Below are positions 48,694 to 63,163 of a stretch of 64,000 bases of DNA, piece after piece. A model generated the notes under the pieces. It had not been told where the DNA came from and did no database searches. It saw only the letters and a program-made list of their open reading frames with translations. The stretch's first letter is position 1. Each line of letters starts with the position of its first letter. Made by a program: the position numbers and the translations under genes. Source of the stretch: Catajapyx aquilonaris (Eukaryota); contig KZ538286.1 in assembly GCA_000934665.2 (NCBI GenBank), positions 1 through 64,000 of the forward strand. Reading direction: 5' to 3'.

Positions 48694-51600
48694 AGATGTC
48701 GAACCTGCAAAGAACAGACTGGTTGATTTTGCACAAAAATGATTGTCAGACTCGTGCGAATTTACAGGGTACCCCAAAAAATAATCGTGTGCATGGAGAA
48801 TTTTTCCGACACAGTGAGAATGGAAGCGATGGAGCGGTGACAGATCTTCTAAGCCGCAACTGCTCCAAAGCTGCTCGATTTCTTGCTCTGTGGTCGAATC
48901 CAAGTCACTCATCTAGAACTTTTCTCCCAGAAATAATCCTTCAGTATGGCAGGCTCCGTATTTCAGATCCTTTTCAGCTTGGTATGAATAGCCACATGAA
49001 GCAAGTATAGGCTGAGTCACAAAAAAATAGGCATGATGATGCTAAAATTTTGTTTTCAACTCTTGCTTCACCGACAAGTGTGGTGTGGCTAATCCGTAAT
49101 GAACAACCAGTTTTTTTTCGCAATTCCGTTGTATTTCATATACGAATGTAACATTCAATTGCATGTTATCCTAATCCGTGAACATGTATGAACTAGGAAG
49201 CTACCAGTTACTGAGGATAACTGTCATGGATAAACAACCCATACTGTGCCATATGGGCGGAATAAAAACCAGGTTATAAGTTATGGTGCGGTAGAACAGT
49301 TTTCTTGAACAGATTTACGTTAGAGGGCGGATGCAGTGGACGGACGTAACGCCCAGAATTACTGTGTTACAATGCTGAGATATGATTTAGTTGAACGCTT
49401 ACTGTAGGCCTAGGAGGAAAATAAATTGGGGAACATAATTCCCGAAATTCAACAATGTCCGGTTGAACTAACACCGTATTTGTTCATAGGAATTCATCGC
49501 TATTTCCATGTTACTTAGGTCACTCGTAACTCATAATGGGCATTCATTTTGTCTGAAATTTATTTTTGACCTCGTGGCCGTCAAAAAAAGGGCTGAAGAT
49601 GAGACCTTTTTTGTAGATTTTTAAGTATACGAATTTTAAAAAAATGCCTCATTTTCAGCCCTTTTCAAAATTTAGCGAATTTTTCCCCCCTCCCCACGGT
49701 ATTTTGCGCCGGGTAACCTGCTAGTAATGAATAAATGACATTTTCTAGGAAATGAACATTGTTACAGTTGTATAAATTCACAGAATCATGGCCCTGAACC
49801 TTTCCAGATGCTACCGTTTCCCTTCAGCAAACATATGCCCCAAAAATCCGTACCTGCCCCGTATAACCCACCAACTTCAAATATTTGGCCCCACATTGTC
49901 CCATCCGCAAACATCCCGTGAAAATTCAACTCCGGTCCCTAAAGAATGCCGTGAAACGAGCCTTTTTTTTCCCCCTAGACAACGCCATCCCCAAAAAGGT
50001 AGACATAGGGTGGTAGTATAAATGGCAAGTCAAAAGCCTTCTCCCCATCGTCCGTCTCCGTCACCGGAACCCATAAAAGAAAGCCCCCTCCCTAGCCACT
50101 GTTTGTCCCGGGGTCAAAGATGACCATCTGTGCCTCCCTTTTGAGTGCAACTTACAAGGAGGTTTTCTCGCCCCCTCTCTAGTGGGGTCTAAGGGGGGTG
50201 TGAGCCAGACTCTGCCCCGGGGCCTCCCTTCGAAACGTGATGAGCAACAATGGTGGGCAATCCCGCATAATAGCCAGTGCGAGTGCTTTGGCACGCCTCC
50301 TTCGCCACTTTGTCACATTTTCCAAGACGTGACTTCTTGAGGGAGGAAGATGGGTTATAGAGGCTCGTGCGGCATCGTTTGATTCACTGTGGTCCACTAT
50401 ATGCAGTAAATGAGGGATTGTCCGGGTGTGGAGGTAAATTAGGTGGTGTGTGTGAGAAACTGGCTTCTTATATATGAAGGAAGCTAAGGGAGTGGGAGAA
50501 ATGCTAATTATGAAAATGTCATTTCTCATACAATGCACTGGATTTCCCAGTTTTTCATTGTGGTAGGGTGCTTTGCAGTTACTATACGGTACTTTCACCC
50601 CCCTCACATCAGTAATGAGAAGAAAAATGTAAGCAAATTTGGCTTTTTAACTGGGTGCGTGGCTTACAACATGAAGCNAAAAAAAGTGAGCAAATATGGC
50701 TTTTTAACTGGGTGCGTGGCTTACAACATGAAGCAGAGGCGTATGACTATGATTAATTCGAAAAATAGTGCACAATATCCATCAAGGCGACTCTTCCGGT
50801 ATAACAGCAAACTTCAGTATGTGGAGAAATGTAACGTGAGATAATATCGTCCCAAAATATTGTATAAATGGCAACTATATCAAAGATGGTGTGCGAAACC
50901 CCCTCTAGGGTTCGAGACCCGAACCTCCATCAACACCCCCCCAGTCCCACGTGACCGAAACTTGGATTAGATCTGGCGAATTAAAATGGCAGACGATTTC
51001 CTCAAAAATATTGACAATTATTTTACTTGTACACTATATCAATTGGAGTTACATGATGCAAGTATCCTAGGCTATATCAGAACCGGTCTTTTGTCGTACG
51101 TGCAGACCCAATGTCCAGGTAATAAATCTCGGTTTGTTTATCTCAGCAGCCAGTAGCAATCACGACCCTGATTGCAATTTCAATGGTTCAATTGTGTTGA
51201 GCAATATCAGTAAGACTAGATCAAAACCCAAGTGAGCCTTATATGAACCGGCTCTAACCCGGTCACCTCTTCACGATTACAACAGTGATGCAACTGCAGG
51301 TCTATACGACTCCACGAACATGACCCAGCTTTCATCTGAATAGGTCACCCAGTATTTGCGCTGGCACCGGTAAAGCTCAATTTGAAGGATCATTTAGCAA
51401 TCACTGCAAAAGGTCAGTGGGTACCGCACATCTAACCATCCCTTGTGTGTGGTGTATTCATCTTCAATTCCCTTTCTCTTCTTCTTCTTCTTCTTCTTCA
51501 GGAGGCGGAGGGAGGAGAGGTCAGACGGGCCCGTAAAGTTGGCCGCATGGGAAGAAGGATGGATGGCAAGCCCCGTTAGCCTTTGTGGCGCTGAAGGGGC

Positions 51601-54600
51601 ATAGGCCATCCTCTGCCTTCTTCCGATACTCTTCCGCGTTCCCTCTCCTGGCACGACCCCTTTGGATATTATGAACCACCACCCCGGCCAGAAAAATTAT
51701 GCACCACTCACCATGGGGACAATGAAGATTGTTGTGTCACTGCCGGTCGGTTTTTGCGAAACAGCCTGTCTGGTTATTATCTGGAGATGAGCGGTAATGA
51801 GGTGGTATTAGAGGGTGTGCAATGGTGCAAAGCGTATCGCCCATCTAGCCAGCCTCCTTTAATTGCAAAATTAGGCTTAAGTATCGCATTGTGCCACCCA
51901 GTGCTTATTAGGTGCTTACAGGTGTGGGAGTTGGCCTAGAGGGCATTGTGCCCCTAAGGTTCTTATATTAACATCAGTGATAATTGGCTCAGTCATACAC
52001 CATATCTTTCTATCTAACCCAAGATACTGCCCTGCTCTTCCCCAAGCCCAATCAACAGCAGACATCTCCAATCTGTCGTACGGTATTTCAACGACCCGAA
52101 CCCCTAAAAGGTGAAAGTACCAAAAACCATGTGACCTTTACCTTTCTTAGCAGGTACACTAAATCCTAGCAATTACAACCGACGCTAAATGGAACATATG
52201 TTGTTTGCTAAAGGTCTATCCCAAGGACTGTATGGTTAAGCCTTCCATTCTTAAAGAAGAAGGGGGTATAAGGTTTCCTGAAGATAAGTAGGTCTTTGGC
52301 GTATTTGAACAAAGGAAAACCCACTTTCACGGTGCATCCCGGTTTCTGAGTCGTAATTGCCCTTCATCGGTCGCCTTTCTTCAATTGCGCGAAACAATGC
52401 CGCGCAATATGGCGGATGAACCCACGCCGCCGACAGGGTTGCCAAAACGGTGAAAGGGTTTGAATGATAGAGGGCGGCCTCGACGACGTGAGGAACACAA
52501 ATGGAGAAAAAGGACCTCTGGAGGAAGAGCGGGGCCAGTCACCTCGAAAAACCGGAAGACGTGGGAATAGAAAAGAAGCGGTGTGAAAAGCTCGATGAGC
52601 ACGCACTGCTCTGGTTCCAGACCCTCCTATGCACACACAAGCTGCACCAAAATACATACACATCGCCATATAAGGAAATCATGGACGCTAAAAACCGGTG
52701 TTAAGGCTCGTGCCGCCTAACGTGAAAGTGAATAGCAATGGAAGAACCGGTGTTACAACACAATGCACGGAATAAGATCCAAAAATGAGGCGATTACACC
52801 TCTTACTAGAGGATTACGGCTGCAATTATCATTCAGGATGGACAATGCAATCGGGCAAATCAGCGCGTAAAATATTATTGCGTCCAGATAATACGTGAAA
52901 GCGAGAAGCTGATGTAATTCCTGTCGCAGCACGAGCACAAAAATGCATCAAAGGTTACCCTGTCCTTTGGGAACCAAATGGTCCGAAGAAAGTGTCTCTC
53001 GGGTCAGTCACGCTCCACTTGGCGACATGTACCGTCAAAGGTCGCTCTGCCTCCGAATTTACCGTTGCTTGGTACAAGAATAAAGGGCCTACAATTGGGC
53101 TAATAACTGATGGCGAACTATATGAATAATTAATAAAATAATTAATAAAAAATATTTAGCGAATGAATTAATCCTATTACACACACAGAACCGAAGCACA
53201 AAAGGCTCCATTATGAGTTATACAAGGTGTGTCAAAAATATCTGGGCGTATTAGGTGCCTATTCTAAAAGCGTGCTTATCACGTCAGTCTTGTAAGTCCA
53301 AAGAGTGGGGCTGTTTCGCCTTGATTTTCCTCTTCGGGGAAATTAAAAACCACCAACCTCTCCAGTGAAAAAGCTTTGGTGTCAGTCAGCATGTCAGGGG
53401 TCTGTAGAGAGAATAAATTGAGTGCCAGAGGGGCTAAAGCGTCTGTAAAACTTTGGAAAGAAAAGAGCAAGGAAGTAATCTCATAATGAGTTTCGGCATG
53501 TTAGAACCTTTGTGCATTTGTACAGACAAATGCGGGCAGACATTGAGTGCTTATGTGTACGACATACTCAATTTCGCGTCGTGGTTCTACCAGCAAGAAA
53601 CATGTTCCGGATGCCACCCATCACGCGTGTGTTTTTTTAAAGAAATGTAGCTTAACATATACCCTATATTTTGTGAAATGTCTGGCCCCGGTTCTGAGGC
53701 CCGTTGCTGTTATTTCCATTTCTGAAGTATAACAGAACCTGCAATTTTAGGCTCCGTGTTAAGTGTCCCACTCAGTTATTAGTCGCGCATTGTTTCTTTG
53801 TCCCGATGCGCACCAAAGAAAAGTGGACTCTACTTGTCAGTCATTATGCATATGAGAGGTCGCCGACACAATGGGTCCAGGCCACCTTCCTTTTCTTGTC
53901 CTTAAAGAAACTCTCAGCTGTTCCATCCAGAGTGTTACGTTACCCTTTCTCAATACCATAAGGTTTTGGTGTATATGACATAATGTGAGATTCAGCTAAA
54001 TTTTATTTGTTATTAATATTTCTTTACAATATATGCTGCTCTCTATACTGGATGTTCCAAAAGGGTTTCAGATTGCAATTCTTCTACAATTCCAGGAGCA
54101 GTAAACCTACTTCCACTTCCAATATTAGGTTGGACAGCTTCGAATAGAAACTTTTCGATCGTGGGAATGACCCAGTTGGATCCATTGACCATAGAGATCA
54201 AAGGGTGATTTCCTCAATAATAATATTACAAGTAGTCACTACCCAGGTCACTACCTTTTCACTCTTTACACACTTGAAATAACAGCCCATTGAGCACCTT
54301 AAGATTTTAGCACAATTTTCCAAGTTCAAACCCATATAATCTTTATAAAGTCTCCCCCACCTTTTCCCCGGATAATAGAGGAAAGGAAGCAATAATACGT
54401 ATAGGGTAACGCTCTTTAGTTGGCCAGGGATCCGAGAAGGCGTTGAATACGTTGCGGTGTAGGGAATGGTGGAGGGGGCAGAAGTGGAGGGTAGGTGGGA
54501 GGCAAAAGAAGGCGGCCCGCGGGGCAACGGGCTTCTCTTGGAAAAGAAACATCAACAGACGACCCAGAGCGGTCTTCCAGGTTAGGTGGGTCCGAAGCTC

Positions 54601-54719
54601 CCTGCAGGTCAGACCTCTCTCAACATCCTACCGGTTGACATGGGCTGACCGGAAGCTCCTGACAAGGTGGACACACTCATATTTTGTGATCTCAAGAAAG
54701 AGCCAAAGAGACTTTAGTG

Positions 54720-54875
54720 ATGGGGTGGTCTTGGGCATTTTGGATCTGTGCGCTCTTTTTCGGTGTGGACTCCTCCTACGTGGTACGGACATCCAGAGGG
54801 TACGAGAGGATCGTGGTGGCCATCAGTCATCGAGTCAATCAGGACCAGTGCCAATATCTACTCGAGAATCTGCAG
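54720..54875 (+). CDS. First coding exon of a CLCA-like (calcium-activated chloride channel regulator) gene; remaining exons not found in this window
   Basis: Signal peptide MGWSWAFWICALFFGVDS followed by SYVVRTSRGYERIVVAISHRVNQDQCQYLLENLQ, which resembles the CLCA N-terminal GYxxIVVAI motif. Phase-0 donor gtatgt at 54876. Confidence 0.7.
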
Positions 54876-56927
54876 GTATGTCACATTTTACGTTTTTTAT
54901 AGGCACATGAAACACGATCCTACAACCATCTGTTGTATGTTAGATTGACATACGCGATCCAATTAACCCTTCCAGGGCCATGTCAAAGGGGGGTAACCTC
55001 CTAGAAACCCTTAAAAAAAAGAAACCACAAGATATGCTTTATGGGTTTGAGCCTCTGCGGTGCCGGAAACGTGCACTTGGCTGCCACGTGTGGGGATACA
55101 TTACATACTAGAATATTTTTTTAAGGGAGTTAAAAAATAGTTAAAAATATTCATGCAGAGATAATCGTGGGAGAGACCGTGGGTTTGCGTTTACAACATA
55201 CCAACGAGTATTTATAAACAATGCGAATGTAAGCCACGTAATAAAAGCTTGAGAAAATTACTGTAAATTGGCATATAATTAATTCTTTATATGCAGAAAT
55301 ACAGCATATTCATATAAGCTCCGAATCGCAATTATTGCTAAATAGTAATACCAGGTAATACGTACTAACAAAGTAAATCAATGCCACGTACCTAGCGTAC
55401 TAATTAACATGCTCTAGACAAGAAAACCAGACCAATTGTGCAAAAAACAAAACAATTCACATTGAGCGTACAAATCCTCAAAAATTCTAGTTCTTGCCCT
55501 CAATGTACCTTTTTTAGTAGGGCACAAGTGAGTCTTGGGAACCTCAACGCATAATCTAGGGTCCAACCTCATCTGGAAGAACGGGTCACGTTTGATGGGC
55601 AATTCGGTGGCCAAGTAGGTCATCCGCGGAGTGCCTCCTCTTCCTTTCTCAAAACTACACACATATACGTGTACATTCACTACATGCCGGCATTCATGGC
55701 CTCGACGAATACTTTGTGACGGTACATTATTTTCTGCTCATTGTTTCAATTGCATGGGAGTGAGAAGTGTTACATGTGTCACCTTATTTCTTTTTCCGGA
55801 TAGCATTCCATTGTTGGTCAAACCGTGACTGCTCTATATTTGGTGGGTGTTACGTACAACAATATCCAATTAATTATTCGTTGCATGTCCGGGTTTTATT
55901 ACGATGAGCGTAATCCGTTCACAATGGGAGCACTGGCACAACATCGGATTATCGAGGCTAATTCGACATTATGGCTTTAATGCATGTTGATTGCGTCCAA
56001 AATAATTAGTAACGTTACAATCCGGAAGAATCATTACACAGCAGGATTCTATTCACGTGTGGGCCTACCGGTATTTTCCATTTTCTTGTTTGCCAGCATG
56101 TAACTGAGGGCAGGTACATGTGACATACGCAGGAGGCCTCTAAGGTCCTCTGACCCTCAGGTCAGGTTCATCTTCATAACTGTACTGCACATTGCAATAA
56201 TTTCCAAGTACTTTTTAGGCAGGGTCATTCCAAACCTAGGACCAACCGTTAAGTAACACTGTAAACAAGTCAGCACGCATCGTAAAAACAATGTACGTTC
56301 ACTCGCCCCAAAAAATGCCAAAGAAAGTTTTTCAATAAGCGGAAGACGATAAACCCACAAAGCGTAAATGCCATCGGCAAAATGGGAACCAGATCACTTT
56401 CTATTCGTGGGCAAGACGAGCCACTAAAGTAGACCAGTTGGATATAACAAGGCAATTGCACTTATAAGAAGAGGGTGTAAATGTATAAAAAAACAATACA
56501 AAAAAAAAACACTTTTAGTGTGCGTTTGTAAGAGGATGCAATACAAGATCACGTAGGAAGAGAGGGGGATAAGCTTGGCCGCGTGTTTAGAATGTTAACG
56601 AGACGGGCCATCACGACGAAAACCCCCTTCCAAATCTCCACTTATGTTGATTGGGGATTACGTAATGAGTAGGTCCGAATCACGTTTCGAGGGTGAAGCA
56701 TCTATCCCTTGTGCGGGACTTGATTACGTTGCCCTGCGTTGCAGTCTCATTTCCATAAAATACCTGCATATCTACTCATTTTGGATGGAAAACATGAACG
56801 TATACCATGCTGGCCAATAAGACCGGAAAATATCTCATTAGATGTATAATACCAGTCATATTTAAACGTGAGATTTTCCGTTAATTAACATTGGGGAAGC
56901 CAGACTGGGTATGTCCATCCTGATGTG

Positions 56928-57009
56928 GTATATCCGCCATACAGTGGGGGTATATCCGCCTTACAGTGGGGTATATCCGCGGCATATCCGTCCTGGTAGG
57001 GTATATCGG
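56928..57009. repeat. Short tandem repeat gtatatccgcc(a/t)tacagtgggg
   Basis: Two full 22-bp units plus degenerate gtatatc(c/g)g copies. Confidence 0.7.
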
Positions 57010-58629
57010 TCCTTGTGGGATTTACCCGTCTTGGTCACCGCACCTAATATTCCACTCACATCACGCACCTGTGACCATAGAGCCCTGACCCCTTGTTTTT
57101 CCTCTCTTCCCAAGAGTCGCGCCCAGGAAATATTTCAAACACCATACCGGTTGTTTCATGATGGTACCGAGATTTCCAAGTAAGGGAAGTGCATGGGGCG
57201 TGTGACTTGTTGGCGCGTCTGGCTCTACGTGACTCCCGACAAAATCCGCCAATTTTTTTTTTGGCATCGTCATATTTTTTGCGACAATAATTGTCGTCGA
57301 TGTGAAATCCCTCGAAGCATCACGAAGCGCGCGCGGCCTTGGAAAGAAAAAGAAAAAAAATGGAGAATTGCAATGGTCCTTTTACACTTCGACGTGACTG
57401 AGAATGACACGATCTTCCTTTGGACACACGAACTTCTAGTCCACAAGAAGTGCCTTGTGGCAAGCGAATGATCGGGGGGCGTAACGAAGTTTCCCACGTG
57501 GAGGTGGACAACAGGGGTGGTTGAAGGGGGTAAAAACGAAGAGAAAAAAAAGAAGCGCCATGTTTCTAACAGGCTCTAGCCACAAAATTATGGACGCAGA
57601 CTCTAAAATCTTCAGGAAGCCCATATCCATTGATTACCCATACAAGGGGTAATTTTATGCTATCAAAATCATCACCTTGCTTCGGTAAGGTTACTGGCTT
57701 TACCTTACAAACTGGCTTTACCTTACAAAAAAAAAGTTTGTACTGTCATCATGTCAACTTATGCCCTCATGAGATGATAAATGGCAACATTGCTATTTCT
57801 AATTTCCCCCCAATATAATCTTACATTTAAACGTCTGCATTGTACATGAAAAAACGAACTTCCCTCAAGAAGATCGACCCTGTGTATTTGATAGGGGCAA
57901 AAAAAGTGTGGAATGACCACTCTTGAGGGCAACGGTGCGGAACCTCCTCAACTCACAGGTAGGGGGGTGGNGTAGGGGGGGGGGGGCGAGAAGGTTAGAG
58001 CTCCTGACTACCGACCCACTGTTATATACGTGCCTTGCTATGCCTTCATGAGAATGTACGGCCAATGGAATCACACGAGGAGTGCGGCCTGAGTTGTCAT
58101 TATTCCACGAGCTGATGCACAGCCACCGTTTGTCGCTTTCAGATGGGAGGTCGACCTTAGGGATGTTAGAGCCAATGAAAGTGACACCTTTTCATGGGAG
58201 AAACGGTGTCAGAAATGTCGACAGAACGTACAACTCTTAATTAGTGATTGGTATTCAATAATATTAGTGCCAAATAGCTATTTTCAGCATTTACATGACG
58301 TAAGATCAGTTCCCAGTGCGATTCCATTTCCGCAATACTTTCTACATTGGTTTTACAAGTGTGGCGGTACCAATGTCATGAGTGGGAATTTCCGCTCTTA
58401 AGAATGGTAACAACACTCGCAATATTCCCAAAGAAACATTTCCGCATTATGACTCTGCATGTCACTAGATGTACAATACGACACCCAAGTGCATTCGAGT
58501 GAATTATATAATTACATGGGTAAACGTACCCCGTACCGGTTATCATATATTGCTGCTAGTTTTATTACTGTTTCTCATAGTTAAATGTTATTGCCCACGT
58601 ACATTAGAGGTATCCAAAATGTCTTAATG

Positions 58630-58722
58630 TAAGGGGTTAACCACTTCGGTACTCCGGTGGTACTCCTTGGCACTCCTTTGGTACTCCGGTGTACACTTTA
58701 CAGTCGAGTGGGTAACCCCCTT
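58630..58722. mobile_element. Tiny MULE-like MITE with 9-10 bp TSD
   Basis: gtcttaatg is duplicated at 58621-58629 and 58723-58731. TIRs aaggggttaaccact / agtgggtaaccccctt enclose internal gg(t/c)actcc repeats. Confidence 0.65.
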
Positions 58723-61700
58723 GTCTTAATGGCTATTAAATAAATGTGGACCGCACCACTCTTTGAAATTTGGTGATAAAAATGTTATCGACTTTATTGC
58801 CGTTCCACGAAAAAACTATCTTATCATCAAAGTAATATCTGCAACTGCTGGGGTCCCCCGTCAAGACGGAGGCACAGCCAGAGACGTGACTGAAAAAGGA
58901 CCCTTGGGAGTGGTCGCACCCGGGGTTTCATGGGGTCAAACATAACTAACCTTTTTTCACTCAACAGATAGCGTCGAGAAAGTTAAAGGTGGGAATTGGT
59001 CTACTCTCCAAGGAGCACTTAGGCCTACCATTCAGGCTCTCTTCAGAACCGATCAAGAGATTGCTTAGGCTTCCACAGGATCTAAAAGCCTCTCCAAATA
59101 TAGGAAAGGACAACACTTAAATGGAAACCTTCGAAAAAATTCCATACAATCATCCTTAGAAATATTTAATTTCGAAGTAAAATCAGTTGTTTATTTAGCC
59201 CGGATGCTTCAATAAAAGATTCGCGTGTTAAGAATGCCCTTTTCAACTTCGCTGAGGTGAATAATTTTTCTTTAACATGTCAGGAACGGGTTAATATTCA
59301 GAACTTCGTTGTTGGGTGAATGTAAACAATATGGCACAATGCGGGGAAGTTAGATGACCTCTTAAGACAATACCGGCCTGTCTTTTTTTTTGCTGACTTA
59401 TGTAGTCTACACGGGACGGGTGTTGCATTACATTTATTTTATCGGGTAGCAGAACGCAATGTTATTGAAAACAGTCCGAACGTAAATTATACTTACCCTG
59501 GGAAAGAAGACACACCTTGCACCGGTGGACAAAACATCGAACGGAAGTACATGTCTTGAATATATATTTTAAATCAATTGTATTGGAAACACCTTGCATT
59601 TTTTTCATGATACATGAGGCCAGATTGTATGGACGAAAATTACATTGATGGTACTGTATACTATAACTATACCAAATCATGTGTGATGCGTACGAAGCAG
59701 GTTTTAAATCCCAGGCCTAGAATATACATCGAGAGCATCACGTTACTGTTCAAATGAAGCGGCGTAGGTCACAAAAAGTCTCATTGAGTGCTGCAACCGT
59801 GAGAAAAATATGTCCTGAAAAGCACCTGGGGTCCGACATATGAGACGGTCGTCTTGCAAGGAGCTTCCAAGGGCCGGAAGAAGCCGTTCTCCTAGATATA
59901 AACCTTTGAGGAGTCTTCTTCCTTTGCCCTTTATGAGCGAAAAAAAAGAACCTTTTGTCGTACTTTCTGGGAATAATACTCCTACTCCATTTTCACTTCC
60001 TTCCGACCTTTTCAACTAAGGAAATAGCACGTGTTCTATGGGAACAGTGCTACGGATTAGCATTGTTCGGAGGATGTGGCCAAAATTTTCGGACTAAAAA
60101 TTCAGAGCCGTATATTCTATAGCAGACTCTCCGAGAGATTTTCTGCAACTGTTGCCAAAAAATAGTGACCCATAATTTCACACAGTAAAATTTTCGAGCC
60201 ACAATATCAACAGATTTTTCGCAGAAAATAAGTGGCACATTCAACAAATATCGAGTGAAAATCATTCCTAAAGGCAAATTCCGCTTTCTAGTAGACGCTT
60301 GAGAGAAATTATTCATTGAGGTCAAAATTTGACATTCATAATTCGTTTAAATGCACAATTATTTAAATATTGCATGAGCTATTTAAATATCAAATAACGG
60401 TTATCCTCCTTATTCTCACAGTCAGTCTGAACAAGCTGGCACATTTCGGTACACCATCTGGTTTAGGACCGGGGTATTTAAAGCATTATTACACAAAGTC
60501 CTCATCACACGAAAATATGGTGAATATACTAAAGGCGAAGAAGAGCATTTCCCTTCACCTCCGTTTCCGCAGGAAGCTTGGAAGGTTGCCGACTCGTAAT
60601 GTGGAAAGTTAACGCACCATGAATTCAGCTGCTGTCAAGGAACCCCCAGGGCAATAATTTCAACAAGCACCTAGAGATACGGCCAAAACTTTCCTTTCCT
60701 AGATCTTCATAGCGTGGTTATCCCGGTGGTTGATAAGGAAGGGTGTTTTTCTTCGCATGTGCTGCACATCAGCACGTGTCATATAAGAAAGATTGAAAAG
60801 GTGGTTAGTTTGAATAATTATGTATTTTGAAATATTTAAGAGGGCGCCTATTGAGTGACAGAGAAAGAGCGCCGACCTGCCTCGTATACATTTCTAAGCC
60901 TTGACGCAGTTGAATGCCTACAAACTAGATGATTGACAACTACAAGGGTGTGGCGGTTCTAGTTCAAATGCCACTGGCAGTGATGCGAACAAAGAACGCA
61001 CGTGAGTACATGGAACCTACACCTACGCGCCATTCAGTAATTAATTCTCGCATCAAATCCTCAATATTAAACATTAAATATTGCACACAGTACATCCGCC
61101 TTCTGCAAGAATTACAGCCAGCGACACTATCACCCGACAAAAAAACGCGGTATAAAGATACCCTCCAATTAAGCAACATCGTTTGATTAGCCTGTCTACG
61201 TTTGTTATGCGCAAACCGCAATTAATTAGGCAAACGTACAGCCGCCGTGACGGTAATATATTACGACGTAAACAACGAACATATATCCCAGTGGCAACGA
61301 GCCGACCACGTGCAGTAACTAAGAATAACAGCCTGTGCAAAACTAATGAGATGAAGCCAAGTCATGCAACTCTCCATCTTTGAAAGTAGAGCATAGAAAA
61401 TTAATTACTCGCTTCATCCCGTGGTCCAAAAAAAAATTCCAAAACGTAAGAAAAGGCAGTGGCCCGCTCCTCTTCTCCAAAAAAAAATTTCGAGCATTAA
61501 TCTCCGCTCCATAAGCTACACCAATATATGGGCGCCATTAATCCTCCTCATCTGTGGGCGTCATCAGTCTTGGTCGAAATCGCGGGCGACAGCCTCACGT
61601 TTTGGAGATAAGGGTGGTCTCTCTTTACACGCCCAGGCACGCCCTTTTCGACCGTGATTTTTCTACAAGGTTACAATCAGATGGTAGTGAAGAAACCCAC

Positions 61701-63163
61701 GCCCATGGCATCCCCTCATACCCCCCAAAAAAGGGGGTGATGGCTAGCCGTCATGTCTAAGAGCTTCGGTGGCAATACCGAGAGTGTGTCTAAACAAAGG
61801 AGTTCAAACCCTCCTTTTTTGGAGAACAGTTCGTGAGTAATATTTTCCATCAGGGTGATGTCTCTGAGAAGAATCTTCCTGGCTAATGAAGGAGGCGGAG
61901 GAGCCATCAAGTTGTGGTGCCTCACCCTCTTCATCCCGACCGTTTAAATTATTGTGCACGTTTCCAACTTTGCTTCTTCTAGAGATGAAAGGGCATGACT
62001 CTAGTTACTGGATGAGAAATGTGGCCACTGAAAATAATTTAAAAAAAATAAATTCTGGCCAAAATCATTATGGTTTTCAATTATTTCAAATCAAAAATTC
62101 TCGGAGCCATTGTTGGACTTTCTGGACAACCCTCGCGCCTTCTCGCAATCCATTACACCCCAGCATGAAAAGGGCTGGAGTCCAATAGACCTAACGAGCA
62201 CCAGATACATTTGTCATCCCTCCTGTCCACAATCTGTGCCCCACATGGTCCTTCTTGCCCAGCGCCCATTACCAACCACCATGAAACTGACTTTCTGTCA
62301 TCTGCTCCGCAACTTCCTTCCCAGAAATGTTCCCCTTGCTAACAATCCCCTTGGTTGTAATATACCAACAGAGGGTCACCTGGGGAGGGCACCAGCCCCT
62401 TGGCCTTGGAGGAGTGAGAGCACACTCGACTGGTCCGGGTCAAAAGAAGGACCCAACCCTCCATATACCACCCATGGCTCCCAGAAAGTGACACCTAGTT
62501 GGGGCACGTCAAGAGCCCTCAGTCAGAATAGAGACGCAGGCATGGCTATGGAGGGGGGAGCGTGAAAATGAGCAGCTAACGAGCAGGGGGGTCCCTCCCC
62601 TTGGGGGCCGTTGGAAAAAGGAGGGGGTCACCTGCCGGGGAAATTCAAGAGCGACACGGATATAGGCTTCGACAATGGCTCTCCAGCGGTTTCCAATCAG
62701 CCCCATGAGAAGCCTGAATTTTTTCTTCGGTAGCTGTGAAATTCGCCGCTTGCCCTGCCTTTCGAATCACGTCACGCGAGATAATCTCTTGCGACATGAA
62801 AGTACCTTCGCGGTTTTTGTTCTTCGAGCAGGCGGACGTTTAAGGCAAAGAGGGACGCCAGACTCTTTCAGGATCAGGAGACTGGAAAATAAAAATGCGC
62901 GGCAACCATGAAATTATTAGCCCGATTCCTTTGATCAGTTGTGAGTGGTCAGGGAAGCCAATGGAATCCGCCAGAGAATGGTACTGACGTCATGAGATTT
63001 CAATTGTTGAGAAGTAATTGCTGCATTCTCTGTAGCCATGGTCAGGGTCAGGAGCTCCAAGCCTCCTACTAGCAAATAATTCTGCTCAATTCTGCTATAG
63101 TTGAAGTACCACTACTTGGCACATAATACGATTCGTAGTCGGTACCAAAAATTTCGGCACTAA

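Noticed and set aside
50624..50733. Roughly 55-bp tandem duplication
   Set aside because: The copies are joined at a single N, so this is probably a contig-overlap artefact.
49500..54500. Numerous 60-140 aa ORFs in the intergenic region (also 55000-63500)
   Set aside because: No recognisable domains or consistent splice frames; mostly non-ATG starts.
57513..57535. Similarity to the miR-133 complement (tggttgaagggg)
   Set aside because: Partial match with no precursor hairpin.
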